Positions 1 to 5,866 of a stretch of 6,387 nt of DNA are shown one piece after another; position 1 is the stretch's first letter, and every line of letters begins with the position of its first letter. The position numbers were made by a program, and so were the translations under genes. Under the pieces are notes generated by a model. It worked only from the letters and a program-made list of their open reading frames with translations, ran no database searches and was not told where the DNA came from. The stretch comes from a virus: IMG/VR virus record IMGVR_UViG_3300022758_000234, positions 1 through 6,387 of that record. One strand, given 5' to 3'.

Positions 1-127
1 TATTTCCGCTTCAATTCGAGACGTTTGTATAGCCGCTTAACACGTGGCACCAGGCGGTCGGAAAAATATCGAGGCAATAAAAGTTGTATAAGCTTCCCAC
101 GTTTATTTATGAACCGATAAAAAAAAA
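1..127. repeat. Terminal direct repeat (copy 1). It is identical to 6261-6387 and marks the circular junction / assembly over-run of a 6,260-nt circle.
   Basis: Positions 1-127 and 6261-6387 are identical base for base (tatttccgcttcaattcgag ... gaaccgataaaaaaaaa). The repeat lies inside the rep coding frame. Confidence 0.95.
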
Positions 128-980
128 TTTTGTCGTACAGAACTTTAAATTCTTCAAAATCCTGAACGTTCTCTATCTGCTGGCGCAGGTCGGGGTGAAG
201 CTTCATGAGCTTCTCAAAATACGCATTACCAACCCCTTTTGACACTACACGCGGAGGCTTCTGAACATAGCCAGCTTGAACATAGGGCGTTTGTTCATCA
301 AGATGTTTACAAACATACTTTGCCACATATTCAATCGTAGTGTCAGTACTTGCACGGTCGGACAAATCAATCTCTTTTATGTCAATCGCAGCGTCTTTAC
401 AATTGACGTCAGAAAAATGCGAAAGCCAATCGTTATATATTAAATCCTTGACCTGAGCAAAATCCTCATTTAAAAATATCAAACCGTGCCAGTGCGGCCT
501 GAACGTCAAAGGGCCATACTCGCCCTGAATAAAATATTTAATATCAAGCGTTTTATTAAAATGATACTGATATTGACGACGAACACGCTTTATATGCGCT
601 GAAATATCCGACTTCGAAAAAATGGGAACAAAAACGCCAGTATCAACATATTTTTCGGGGTTTAAATACCTATTAAATACATTTTCATGCGAAAGATTAT
701 ACTGCAAAGACTTCGAGGGATGCTCGTAAAAGTACTTTTTTAAAATATTGAAGAAGTCGCAATCATTGTTTACGAACTTCACATGTTTATACGAAAGAAA
801 TGTATTTGGATACTTATATGTAACAAAGAGCATATATCTATGCTGCTTAGATTCTTCCCTCAGGCGAACGAACCAAGAATTTGTTTGCTGGCGAGAACAT
901 TCGACGCAATCACCGCAAGGCCGATATATCAACCGACCTTGCGTATCACGCCTATTTGTGGGTACAGGATGCAAACACAT
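1..980 (-). CDS. Replication initiation protein (Microviridae VP4/Rep, HUH rolling-circle endonuclease). This is the N-terminal 327 codons. The gene starts at ATG 978-980 and continues past position 1 across the circular junction, with its C-terminal part at 5867..6260.
   Basis: Hand translation of the minus strand in the frame of ORF 5867..6337 is open from 1001 down to 1. The upstream stop is TAA (plus tta, 1002-1004) and the first ATG is at 978-980. The product begins MCLHPVPTNRRDTQGRLIYRPCGDCVECSRQQTNSWFVRL. It contains FVTYKY (810-827, RCR motif I-like), RPHWHGLIF (474-500, HUH motif), YVAKYVCK (306-329, YxxKY catalytic tyrosines) and SKGVGNAYF. The ORF track misses it because it crosses the window edge. 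Confidence 0.93.
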   Translation of the reverse strand, partial: MCLHPVPTNRRDTQGRLIYRPCGDCVECSRQQTNSWFVRLREESKQHRYMLFVTYKYPNTFLSYKHVKFVNNDCDFFNILKKYFYEHPSKSLQYNLSHENVFNRYLNPEKYVDTGVFVPIFSKSDISAHIKRVRRQYQYHFNKTLDIKYFIQGEYGPLTFRPHWHGLIFLNEDFAQVKDLIYNDWLSHFSDVNCKDAAIDIKEIDLSDRASTDTTIEYVAKYVCKHLDEQTPYVQAGYVQKPPRVVSKGVGNAYFEKLMKLHPDLRQQIENVQDFEEFKVLYDKIFFYRFINKRGKLIQLLLPRYFSDRLVPRVKRLYKRLELKRK

Positions 981-981
981 A

Positions 982-1536
982 TCAAAAAACCTTTGAAAAT
1001 TTTAGAATATTAAGAATAATACTCCTCATTGTATAATAAGTAGTCATAATCAACTCAGCAATATCTGATGTTAAGACTGCCGTATCTTTAAAAATTTTAA
1101 CATAGTCCAACAAATTATCGCAATCAGCAGAATAATCATCTTTGAAATCATCATCGACATTAATGTTCAATTCCGTAAGGGAAAGAGAGTGTCCGAACAG
1201 AATCCGAAAATCAGTATTAACAAAAAACTCTTGCAAAGCATCAAAATAAATCTTCGGCTCCAAAAAAACTTTCATAAACAAGGAAGTAAAAAACCCAGAG
1301 GACATAGCATCATATTTCGACATTGTTTGGTAATAAAGACGCTTATCTTCAACGTCAAAGTAAACAACGCAAACCGCGTTATCCGAGGAAGGACAACAAT
1401 CATAAGGATTATTGACCACAAAAAAACGCAAGGGACGAACAAAATCACGTTGTTTATCATTGGTTGACAAACGAAATTGATTTTTAATGGTATCAGTAAA
1501 ATCAACGGTACTTTTAAAATCGACTAATTGTTTCAT
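982..1536 (-). CDS. Hypothetical protein, 184 aa. It lies between VP2 and Rep, where several gokushoviruses carry the internal scaffolding protein VP3, so a tentative VP3-like assignment by position only.
   Basis: Complete ORF on the same strand as all other genes. Its stop (TGA at 982-984) lies 1 nt from the Rep start codon. It fills the gap between VP2 and Rep. It contains acidic stretches (NINVDDDFKDDYSADCDNLLDY) compatible with a scaffolding role. No motif is recognised by eye. Confidence 0.75.
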   Translation of the reverse strand: MKQLVDFKSTVDFTDTIKNQFRLSTNDKQRDFVRPLRFFVVNNPYDCCPSSDNAVCVVYFDVEDKRLYYQTMSKYDAMSSGFFTSLFMKVFLEPKIYFDALQEFFVNTDFRILFGHSLSLTELNINVDDDFKDDYSADCDNLLDYVKIFKDTAVLTSDIAELIMTTYYTMRSIILNILKFSKVF

Positions 1537-1634
1537 AATGTTAATTTTTGTTAATGGATAAAAGTGTTTTTTTTTCTATGTGTCAAAGATAAGAATTAAT
1601 GTGTACACAAACAAATTAAAAGTGTAAAAAAATC

Positions 1635-1650
1635 AAAAAAAATTTTTTTT
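1635..1650. repeat. A8T8 perfect palindrome in the VP2 / 184-aa intergenic region. Nearby are a T9 run (1567-1575) and an A7 run (1626-1632).
   Basis: aaaaaaaatttttttt is read directly. It lies in a 137-nt homopolymer-rich non-coding region, 1537-1673. Confidence 0.6.
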
Positions 1651-1673
1651 CCACTTCGCGGAAATTAAAATAC

Positions 1674-3008
1674 TCATTTCGCCAAAGGCGTTTGTGTTAC
1701 AGTTGTTGTACTACCACCAGTCATAACACCTTGTGAATCAAAATTTGTTGTCGTCGTTGTACCTGTATAACCCCCTGAGCGACCAATATTAGAATACGGA
1801 AACACAATGCCCGTAACAGCGTTGGCCACATTAACAAGATTTCCAAAAATACAATCAACAATCGAAAGTTTACGATGTGTCTCCATTGAGCGCACCTGCT
1901 GTTTAAGATTATTAACCTGCTCATTAGGTCCTCCTGCATCGAGCCACGCGTCAACTTGCGCCTCCATTGCCTTGAAATAATCGGAAGAGGAACTATAATG
2001 CTGGGCTTGGGTGTCCATAAGACGCTTTTGAAAATCAAGCGTTTCTCGAAGTGTTTCAGCCTGCCAATTCGTAAGAGTGGTTTGGGCAATAGACTGAGCA
2101 ATCTGAAAGTCTTTCTGCTCAATATCTTTCTTAATCCAAGAAATTTTCTTATTATTTACAGAAATTACAGAATCATTTACCTGCATACGAGACAGAGACT
2201 CATCAATAGCCTGACGACGTTCCTCTATCCATGTACCATCTTTGGCCAAACCCATTTGATTTTGAGCAGCACGATAATCGGCGTCAATAGAAGCGATACG
2301 CGCTTGTGCTTCTTTCAACTGAGAATCTACACGCGTATTTTCTTTGAGTTCGTCATAATAATGCTCTTGCGAACGCTTCAAATGAGCATCGCGATACTCA
2401 TCATAAATACGAGAAACAGAACCTATACCGTCCGTAAACATACCAAGCATCTCCAACAACATTTGACCGCCGGGAAGATTGGAAATACCAGCGCCCATAT
2501 CACCAACAGAAGCAGAAGCAGCAGAAGCGGCGCCAGAGGTAGCACCAGAACCAGCAGAAGCGGCAGCACCATTCATTGAAGTAGGACCTTGTGCACCGCC
2601 AGTCATAGCCAAAGCGGGATTCAAGCCAGCTTCCGAATATTGCCGCACCATTGCCTCAGGTGATTGATATTCGTTATACATTTCTTCTTGCCAAAAACGT
2701 TGTTTCTCGGCCTCAGCAGCATTAAACGCTTGCGAATTAGCTTGCATTTCTGCATTAAAAGCTTGCGCGTCCTCCTGCATAGCCCTATTAAACTCCATTT
2801 GTTCAAGCATTGTTTTGTAATTATACTGGGCTTGAAAAGCATCGGCAGCCGAAATACCTGCACCTGATTCGTACTCGTCATAAGAACGAGCCAAAGAACC
2901 GTTAATCAAATCCGTAAGCCAGCCAGAAGAAGACGAAAGGTTTCGCGTTATACGATGTGTTGCGTTAGCATAGGCGTTATTACGCCTTTTCCGTGATAAT
3001 ATTCCCAT
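1674..3008 (-). CDS. VP2-like DNA pilot / minor capsid protein, 444 aa.
   Basis: Large ORF immediately downstream of the capsid-proximal small genes. It has a basic N-terminus (MGILSRKRRNN), long Q/E/A-rich predicted coiled-coil segments, a Gly/Ala/Ser low-complexity tract and a Thr/Gly-rich C-terminus (GYTGTTTTTNFDSQGVMTGGSTTT). This composition and position are typical of Microviridae VP2 / H-type pilot proteins. Confidence 0.8.
   Translation of the reverse strand: MGILSRKRRNNAYANATHRITRNLSSSSGWLTDLINGSLARSYDEYESGAGISAADAFQAQYNYKTMLEQMEFNRAMQEDAQAFNAEMQANSQAFNAAEAEKQRFWQEEMYNEYQSPEAMVRQYSEAGLNPALAMTGGAQGPTSMNGAAASAGSGATSGAASAASASVGDMGAGISNLPGGQMLLEMLGMFTDGIGSVSRIYDEYRDAHLKRSQEHYYDELKENTRVDSQLKEAQARIASIDADYRAAQNQMGLAKDGTWIEERRQAIDESLSRMQVNDSVISVNNKKISWIKKDIEQKDFQIAQSIAQTTLTNWQAETLRETLDFQKRLMDTQAQHYSSSSDYFKAMEAQVDAWLDAGGPNEQVNNLKQQVRSMETHRKLSIVDCIFGNLVNVANAVTGIVFPYSNIGRSGGYTGTTTTTNFDSQGVMTGGSTTTVTQTPLAK
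2505..2570 (-). repeat. Imperfect tandem repeat (gcagaagc / cagcagaagcggc units) inside VP2, encoding a Gly/Ala/Ser low-complexity linker (GAAASAGSGATSGAASAASAS).
   Basis: gcagaagc occurs at 2512-2519, 2521-2528 and 2554-2561. cagcagaagcggc occurs at 2519-2531 and 2552-2564. Confidence 0.6.
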
Positions 3009-3010
3009 AA

Positions 3011-3289
3011 CTACCTACGTCTTACAGGTTCATCTTCACCAAACAAAAAATCGAAGAAAGAGAGTACGGTAGAAGCAATAGCGGAAATTGGACTTGAAGC
3101 AGAAGCGAGATTAATCATTTGCTGCATCATATTCTTACTTTGTTCGTCCTCATTAGAGGCCAACTCCTCGGCATTGGACATAACAGACTGAGAGGTTAAT
3201 TGCTGCATAGCCTGCATATTTTGCTGAACGTAAGAAGAAGACATTTTAAAGAACGAAGAAACACCATTTGTCATAAATTGAGATGCCAT
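3011..3289 (-). CDS. Hypothetical small protein, 92 aa, Q/M/S-rich and acidic, with a C-terminal hydrophobic helix ISAIASTVLSFFDFLF. It is translationally coupled to VP2.
   Basis: Complete ORF on the coding strand. Its stop at 3011-3013 lies 2 nt upstream of the VP2 ATG (3006-3008). It fills otherwise non-coding space. No family is recognised. Confidence 0.6.
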   Translation of the reverse strand: MASQFMTNGVSSFFKMSSSYVQQNMQAMQQLTSQSVMSNAEELASNEDEQSKNMMQQMINLASASSPISAIASTVLSFFDFLFGEDEPVRRR

Positions 3290-3332
3290 ATTTTCATATT
3301 TTAAGGATTGAACATTTTTATTTGTGTGTCAA

Positions 3333-3410
3333 TCCGCCGTACCATAGCGAGATACGGCGGAGTGATTGACGGTTGACCGTCAATCACCACCCGGCGACGA
3401 CGTCGCCGTA
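3333..3410. promoter_or_regulatory. GC-rich cluster of three adjacent perfect hairpins. It is a candidate complementary-strand origin (primase / RNA polymerase recognition structure) or another cis-acting structure.
   Basis: Hairpin 1: stem 3333-3341 (tccgccgta) pairs with 3353-3361 (tacggcgga), with an 11-nt loop. Hairpin 2: 3362-3373 (gtgattgacggt) pairs with 3376-3387 (accgtcaatcac), a 12-bp arm with a 2-nt centre. Hairpin 3: 3392-3399 (cggcgacg) pairs with 3401-3408 (cgtcgccg), centred on 3400. GC content is far above the rest of the genome. GGTTGAC-like words recur at 3371, 3411 and 3436. Confidence 0.5.
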
Positions 3411-3742
3411 GGTTGACTTGCGAGACCAGAACCAGGTTGATTGGAAGCGGCTGTACCGACATTTGATTGTAAACCGATATTAAGAGATTTAAAGCCCTTA
3501 GCAATCATCATCAAATCAAAATCGTTATTCACGCGAAAACCAACTTGTGAGATTTCCTTCAAATCATTATAAACAACATCGGTAACATCGTTAGGTATTG
3601 TTTGCGTTTTAATAATTTGGCCAATATCTACACCAAGACCTGGCAAAGTAACACCAAGCGTACACGGAGGAATTGTATTACGACCATAAAAAGTACGAGA
3701 AGCACGTTTTTTTATAATTTTTAGCTCTTTATCTGTTTTCAT
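3380..3742 (-). CDS. Hypothetical protein, 120 aa. Its C-terminal ~25 aa (AASNQPGSGLASQPTATSSPGGD) are encoded by the GC-rich hairpin cluster.
   Basis: Complete ORF on the coding strand between VP1 and the 92-aa gene, with ATG at 3740-3742. No His residues and no recognisable motif. The low-complexity tail suggests the 3' end is shaped by DNA structure rather than by protein constraint. Confidence 0.55.
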   Translation of the reverse strand: MKTDKELKIIKKRASRTFYGRNTIPPCTLGVTLPGLGVDIGQIIKTQTIPNDVTDVVYNDLKEISQVGFRVNNDFDLMMIAKGFKSLNIGLQSNVGTAASNQPGSGLASQPTATSSPGGD

Positions 3743-3882
3743 AACAAACTATTTAATGGATTGATTACTTGAATTATCGTTCTCTCGTTTTTCTTGACGT
3801 TTCTTTCTCAACCAGCGGACAGAATCCACAATCCAAGAGATAAAGAAGAATACGCCCTTTAAAATCTTTTTTGTTTGCTCTT

Positions 3883-5682
3883 TCATAACTGACGACCTCT
3901 ATATGGAACATTTTCTTTATGCGTATTTTTCAAATCACCAAGTGTAGGTATTACGTACTCAGCAAGAGGTGTAACTTTCTTGAATGAGAAGAAGAAGTCA
4001 GCCCAAGTAATAGCTCCCAAAGCATATTCGGCAGCTGTAACATAATCCAGCTCGTCAGGAGCTATTTCAACAAAAGACTTGCCGAGTTGAACGGACGAGA
4101 AATAACGTTGAAGAGTAAAAGCACTCAAATCCTCGGTAATCTGCAATCTACCGTGTACTTCATCATCATGGTATTTATATTCTGCATACTGCTGCTGATA
4201 GCCAAAAATGTCAGTACCAAAATATGAAACAGGATTTGTAACAGTAGAACCAGTTATGGCCAACTGAGGGTCAAGTATGAGCTCGGCATTATAAATAGGT
4301 TGTTCACCTAAGCCTTGCAACAGAGGATTTGCAAAATCGGAAATTTCAGAGCGAGAAAGATAACGACGAATACCAGTGCCATAATAAGCATGAGGGACAA
4401 CAGAAGCAATAACCATAAGGAAGCCATGCTCGGTTGACGTAAATGTATCAAACAAACTATCTTTCCCATAGCCATGCGTAGAACCCGCACGAGAACCGAC
4501 AGCACCATTAAAAGGATTTCGATTGTATGTTTCACTTTCGGCGGAATATGTAGAGTTAGAAACACCTTTCGTATAAAGACCAAATTTTGAAGAACCTAAG
4601 AAAAGAGGTCTATCCAACAAAGCGTCAGAAGGTAAAATGCCCCACGTAGCTTTTATCTGATCAGAATAACGCATACCAGCTATATTATTACGCTCCAACC
4701 AACGCTGCAAAACGTTCGCAGAACGTATTTGCGGTATGGTCAAATTACTTGCTCCGTCAGGTATTGCAATAGAAGCAGGAGACATAGCCGCCTGGGGATA
4801 AAACGCGGCCGTAGTATAATAATCTTTTTCCCAACAACGTTGGTGCAAAGAAAAAATCGAGGGAGTTTCGGTGTTAATACTTGATGTTGGCGCATTCCCG
4901 TGAAAAACAAGCGTAGAAGTCTGCCGCATTTGGAAATACTGCTCAGGAGTATTTTGGTTCTCCCAATAATGAGGGCCAGTGATACCTATAATGTTGTAGG
5001 TATTAACAACAGAATCCGTTTCCTGCCGAGAGGTATAAGGCAAAAACGAAACAGAATAATTTTCAGTAGATGTAGGCCGTACAAAAAGCGGTGTAATAAT
5101 ATTCGGATTTCGATACCAATCATCGTAAATTTTGTGATAGGCCATAAACGGCAAAATGTTGGGAACAAGTAAAAAACCGTCCGAAACTTGCTCAGCATTT
5201 TGCGTCGTCTTAAATCCGACATAATCCGCAAGAGAAGAAGCACCCCACATTGGCGAACCTGAATCCTTTTTAACAGAAGAACCAGCCAACTCATACTGAG
5301 CAATCGCAGCATCATAATTCTCGGACTTAAAGGTACGAACAACAGAGGGCAAATGAGTAGGCCTATAAACCTCAGGCGAAAATGGATTATAAACAGGCAT
5401 TGTCATGAAATCCTGCCAACCAGACCAGAGAATGCGATTCGGAACAAAAAACGCCTCCAAACGCATATCGATACGGCCATAAAACTCAGTAGCCATAGGT
5501 GGCAGTTGAGCTTCACACATGTAGCCAAGTGAATATGTTTCATTCGGCAGAACCTCTTCTACAAGAACGGGTATCAATGTTCCCGTCGTCATAGACAAAA
5601 CATTTTCAAATGACAAATCCATACCCGAACGATTGGGAATATCGACGGGTTGCTGCTTAAAAATTTTTGATAAATGTGCCAT
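3883..5682 (-). CDS. Major capsid protein VP1 (Microviridae F-type jelly-roll capsid), 599 aa.
   Basis: The N-terminal region matches the gokushovirus VP1 signature: DLSFENVLSMTTGTLIPVLVEEVLPNETYSL ... RLEAFFVPNRILWSGWQDF (compare S.F..S....G.LIP...EVLPGDT.SL ... FFVP.R..W). The size is typical of microviral VP1. ATG at 5680-5682 and TGA at 3883-3885. Confidence 0.95.
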   Translation of the reverse strand: MAHLSKIFKQQPVDIPNRSGMDLSFENVLSMTTGTLIPVLVEEVLPNETYSLGYMCEAQLPPMATEFYGRIDMRLEAFFVPNRILWSGWQDFMTMPVYNPFSPEVYRPTHLPSVVRTFKSENYDAAIAQYELAGSSVKKDSGSPMWGASSLADYVGFKTTQNAEQVSDGFLLVPNILPFMAYHKIYDDWYRNPNIITPLFVRPTSTENYSVSFLPYTSRQETDSVVNTYNIIGITGPHYWENQNTPEQYFQMRQTSTLVFHGNAPTSSINTETPSIFSLHQRCWEKDYYTTAAFYPQAAMSPASIAIPDGASNLTIPQIRSANVLQRWLERNNIAGMRYSDQIKATWGILPSDALLDRPLFLGSSKFGLYTKGVSNSTYSAESETYNRNPFNGAVGSRAGSTHGYGKDSLFDTFTSTEHGFLMVIASVVPHAYYGTGIRRYLSRSEISDFANPLLQGLGEQPIYNAELILDPQLAITGSTVTNPVSYFGTDIFGYQQQYAEYKYHDDEVHGRLQITEDLSAFTLQRYFSSVQLGKSFVEIAPDELDYVTAAEYALGAITWADFFFSFKKVTPLAEYVIPTLGDLKNTHKENVPYRGRQL

Positions 5683-5750
5683 AATATTTTTATTGGTTAA
5701 ACATTGAATATCGCAAAAGAAGAACTCATATTCGTTAATCCCAAATGGAT

Positions 5751-5799
5751 ATTATCAAATAATGTTAAAATAAAGCGTGATTTAACATTATTTAATAAT
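5751..5799. promoter_or_regulatory. AT-rich stem-loop in the Rep-VP1 intergenic region: a 13-bp perfect stem extending to 19 bp with one mismatch, and an 11-nt loop ataaagcgtga.
   Basis: 5757-5769 (aaataatgttaaa) is the exact reverse complement of 5781-5793 (tttaacattattt). The flanking 5751-5755 pairs with 5795-5799. An outer 11-bp inverted repeat, 5691-5701 (tattggttaaa) / 5812-5822 (tttaaccaata), brackets it. Confidence 0.5.
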
Positions 5800-5866
5800 C
5801 CTACATTTGTTTTTAACCAATATTAGATTCTATAAAGGCGATACAATGACAAACCAAAAAAAAACA

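Noticed and set aside
1-127. Terminal repeat as a mobile-element LTR/TIR or prophage att site
   Set aside because: The repeat is direct, exact, and sits precisely at the two window ends inside a continuous rep reading frame. That is the signature of a circular genome written past its start, not of a transposon or integration junction. No integrase or transposase is present.
748-1013. Plus-strand ORFs 748..996 (82 aa) and 783..1013 (76 aa)
   Set aside because: They are antisense to the hand-verified Rep N-terminus. Microviridae encode all genes on one strand. The products are low-complexity with no motifs.
1721-2122. Nested minus-strand ORFs in alternate frames of VP2 (1721..2122, 2621..2881), of the 184-aa gene (1272..1505), of VP1 (4986..5342) and of Rep (5875..6183)
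   Set aside because: They are leucine/arginine-rich alternate-frame readings with no start context or motifs. Overlapping genes do occur in Microviridae, so they are not impossible. Only 4308..4583 had a feature (a long hydrophobic stretch) worth listing as a low-interest finding.
1956-2579. Plus-strand ORF, 207 aa. Other antisense ORFs at 1189..1467, 2479..2667, 2664..2867 and 4900..5172 are of the same kind.
   Set aside because: All are antisense to well-supported VP2, VP1 or scaffold genes. The compositions (Arg/Ser/Thr-rich or Ala/Pro-rich) are typical of reverse-strand readings. The 2479..2667 ORF is produced by the GC-rich repeat in VP2.
3362-3387. Hairpin 2 as a Xer/dif-like attP site (Bacteroidota microviral prophages integrate at dif-like sites)
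   Set aside because: dif sites are imperfect 11-6-11 palindromes with characteristic arms, and this is a perfect 12-2-12 palindrome with no resemblance to known dif arms. It is kept only as a remote alternative inside the hairpin-cluster finding.
5683-5866. Specific -35/-10 or Bacteroides-type (TTTG / TAnnTTTG) promoter calls upstream of VP1
   Set aside because: The candidate hexamers (TTGTCA ... TATAGAAT) have only 12-14 nt spacing, and no TAnnTTTG match was found. The region is too AT-rich to call a promoter by eye.
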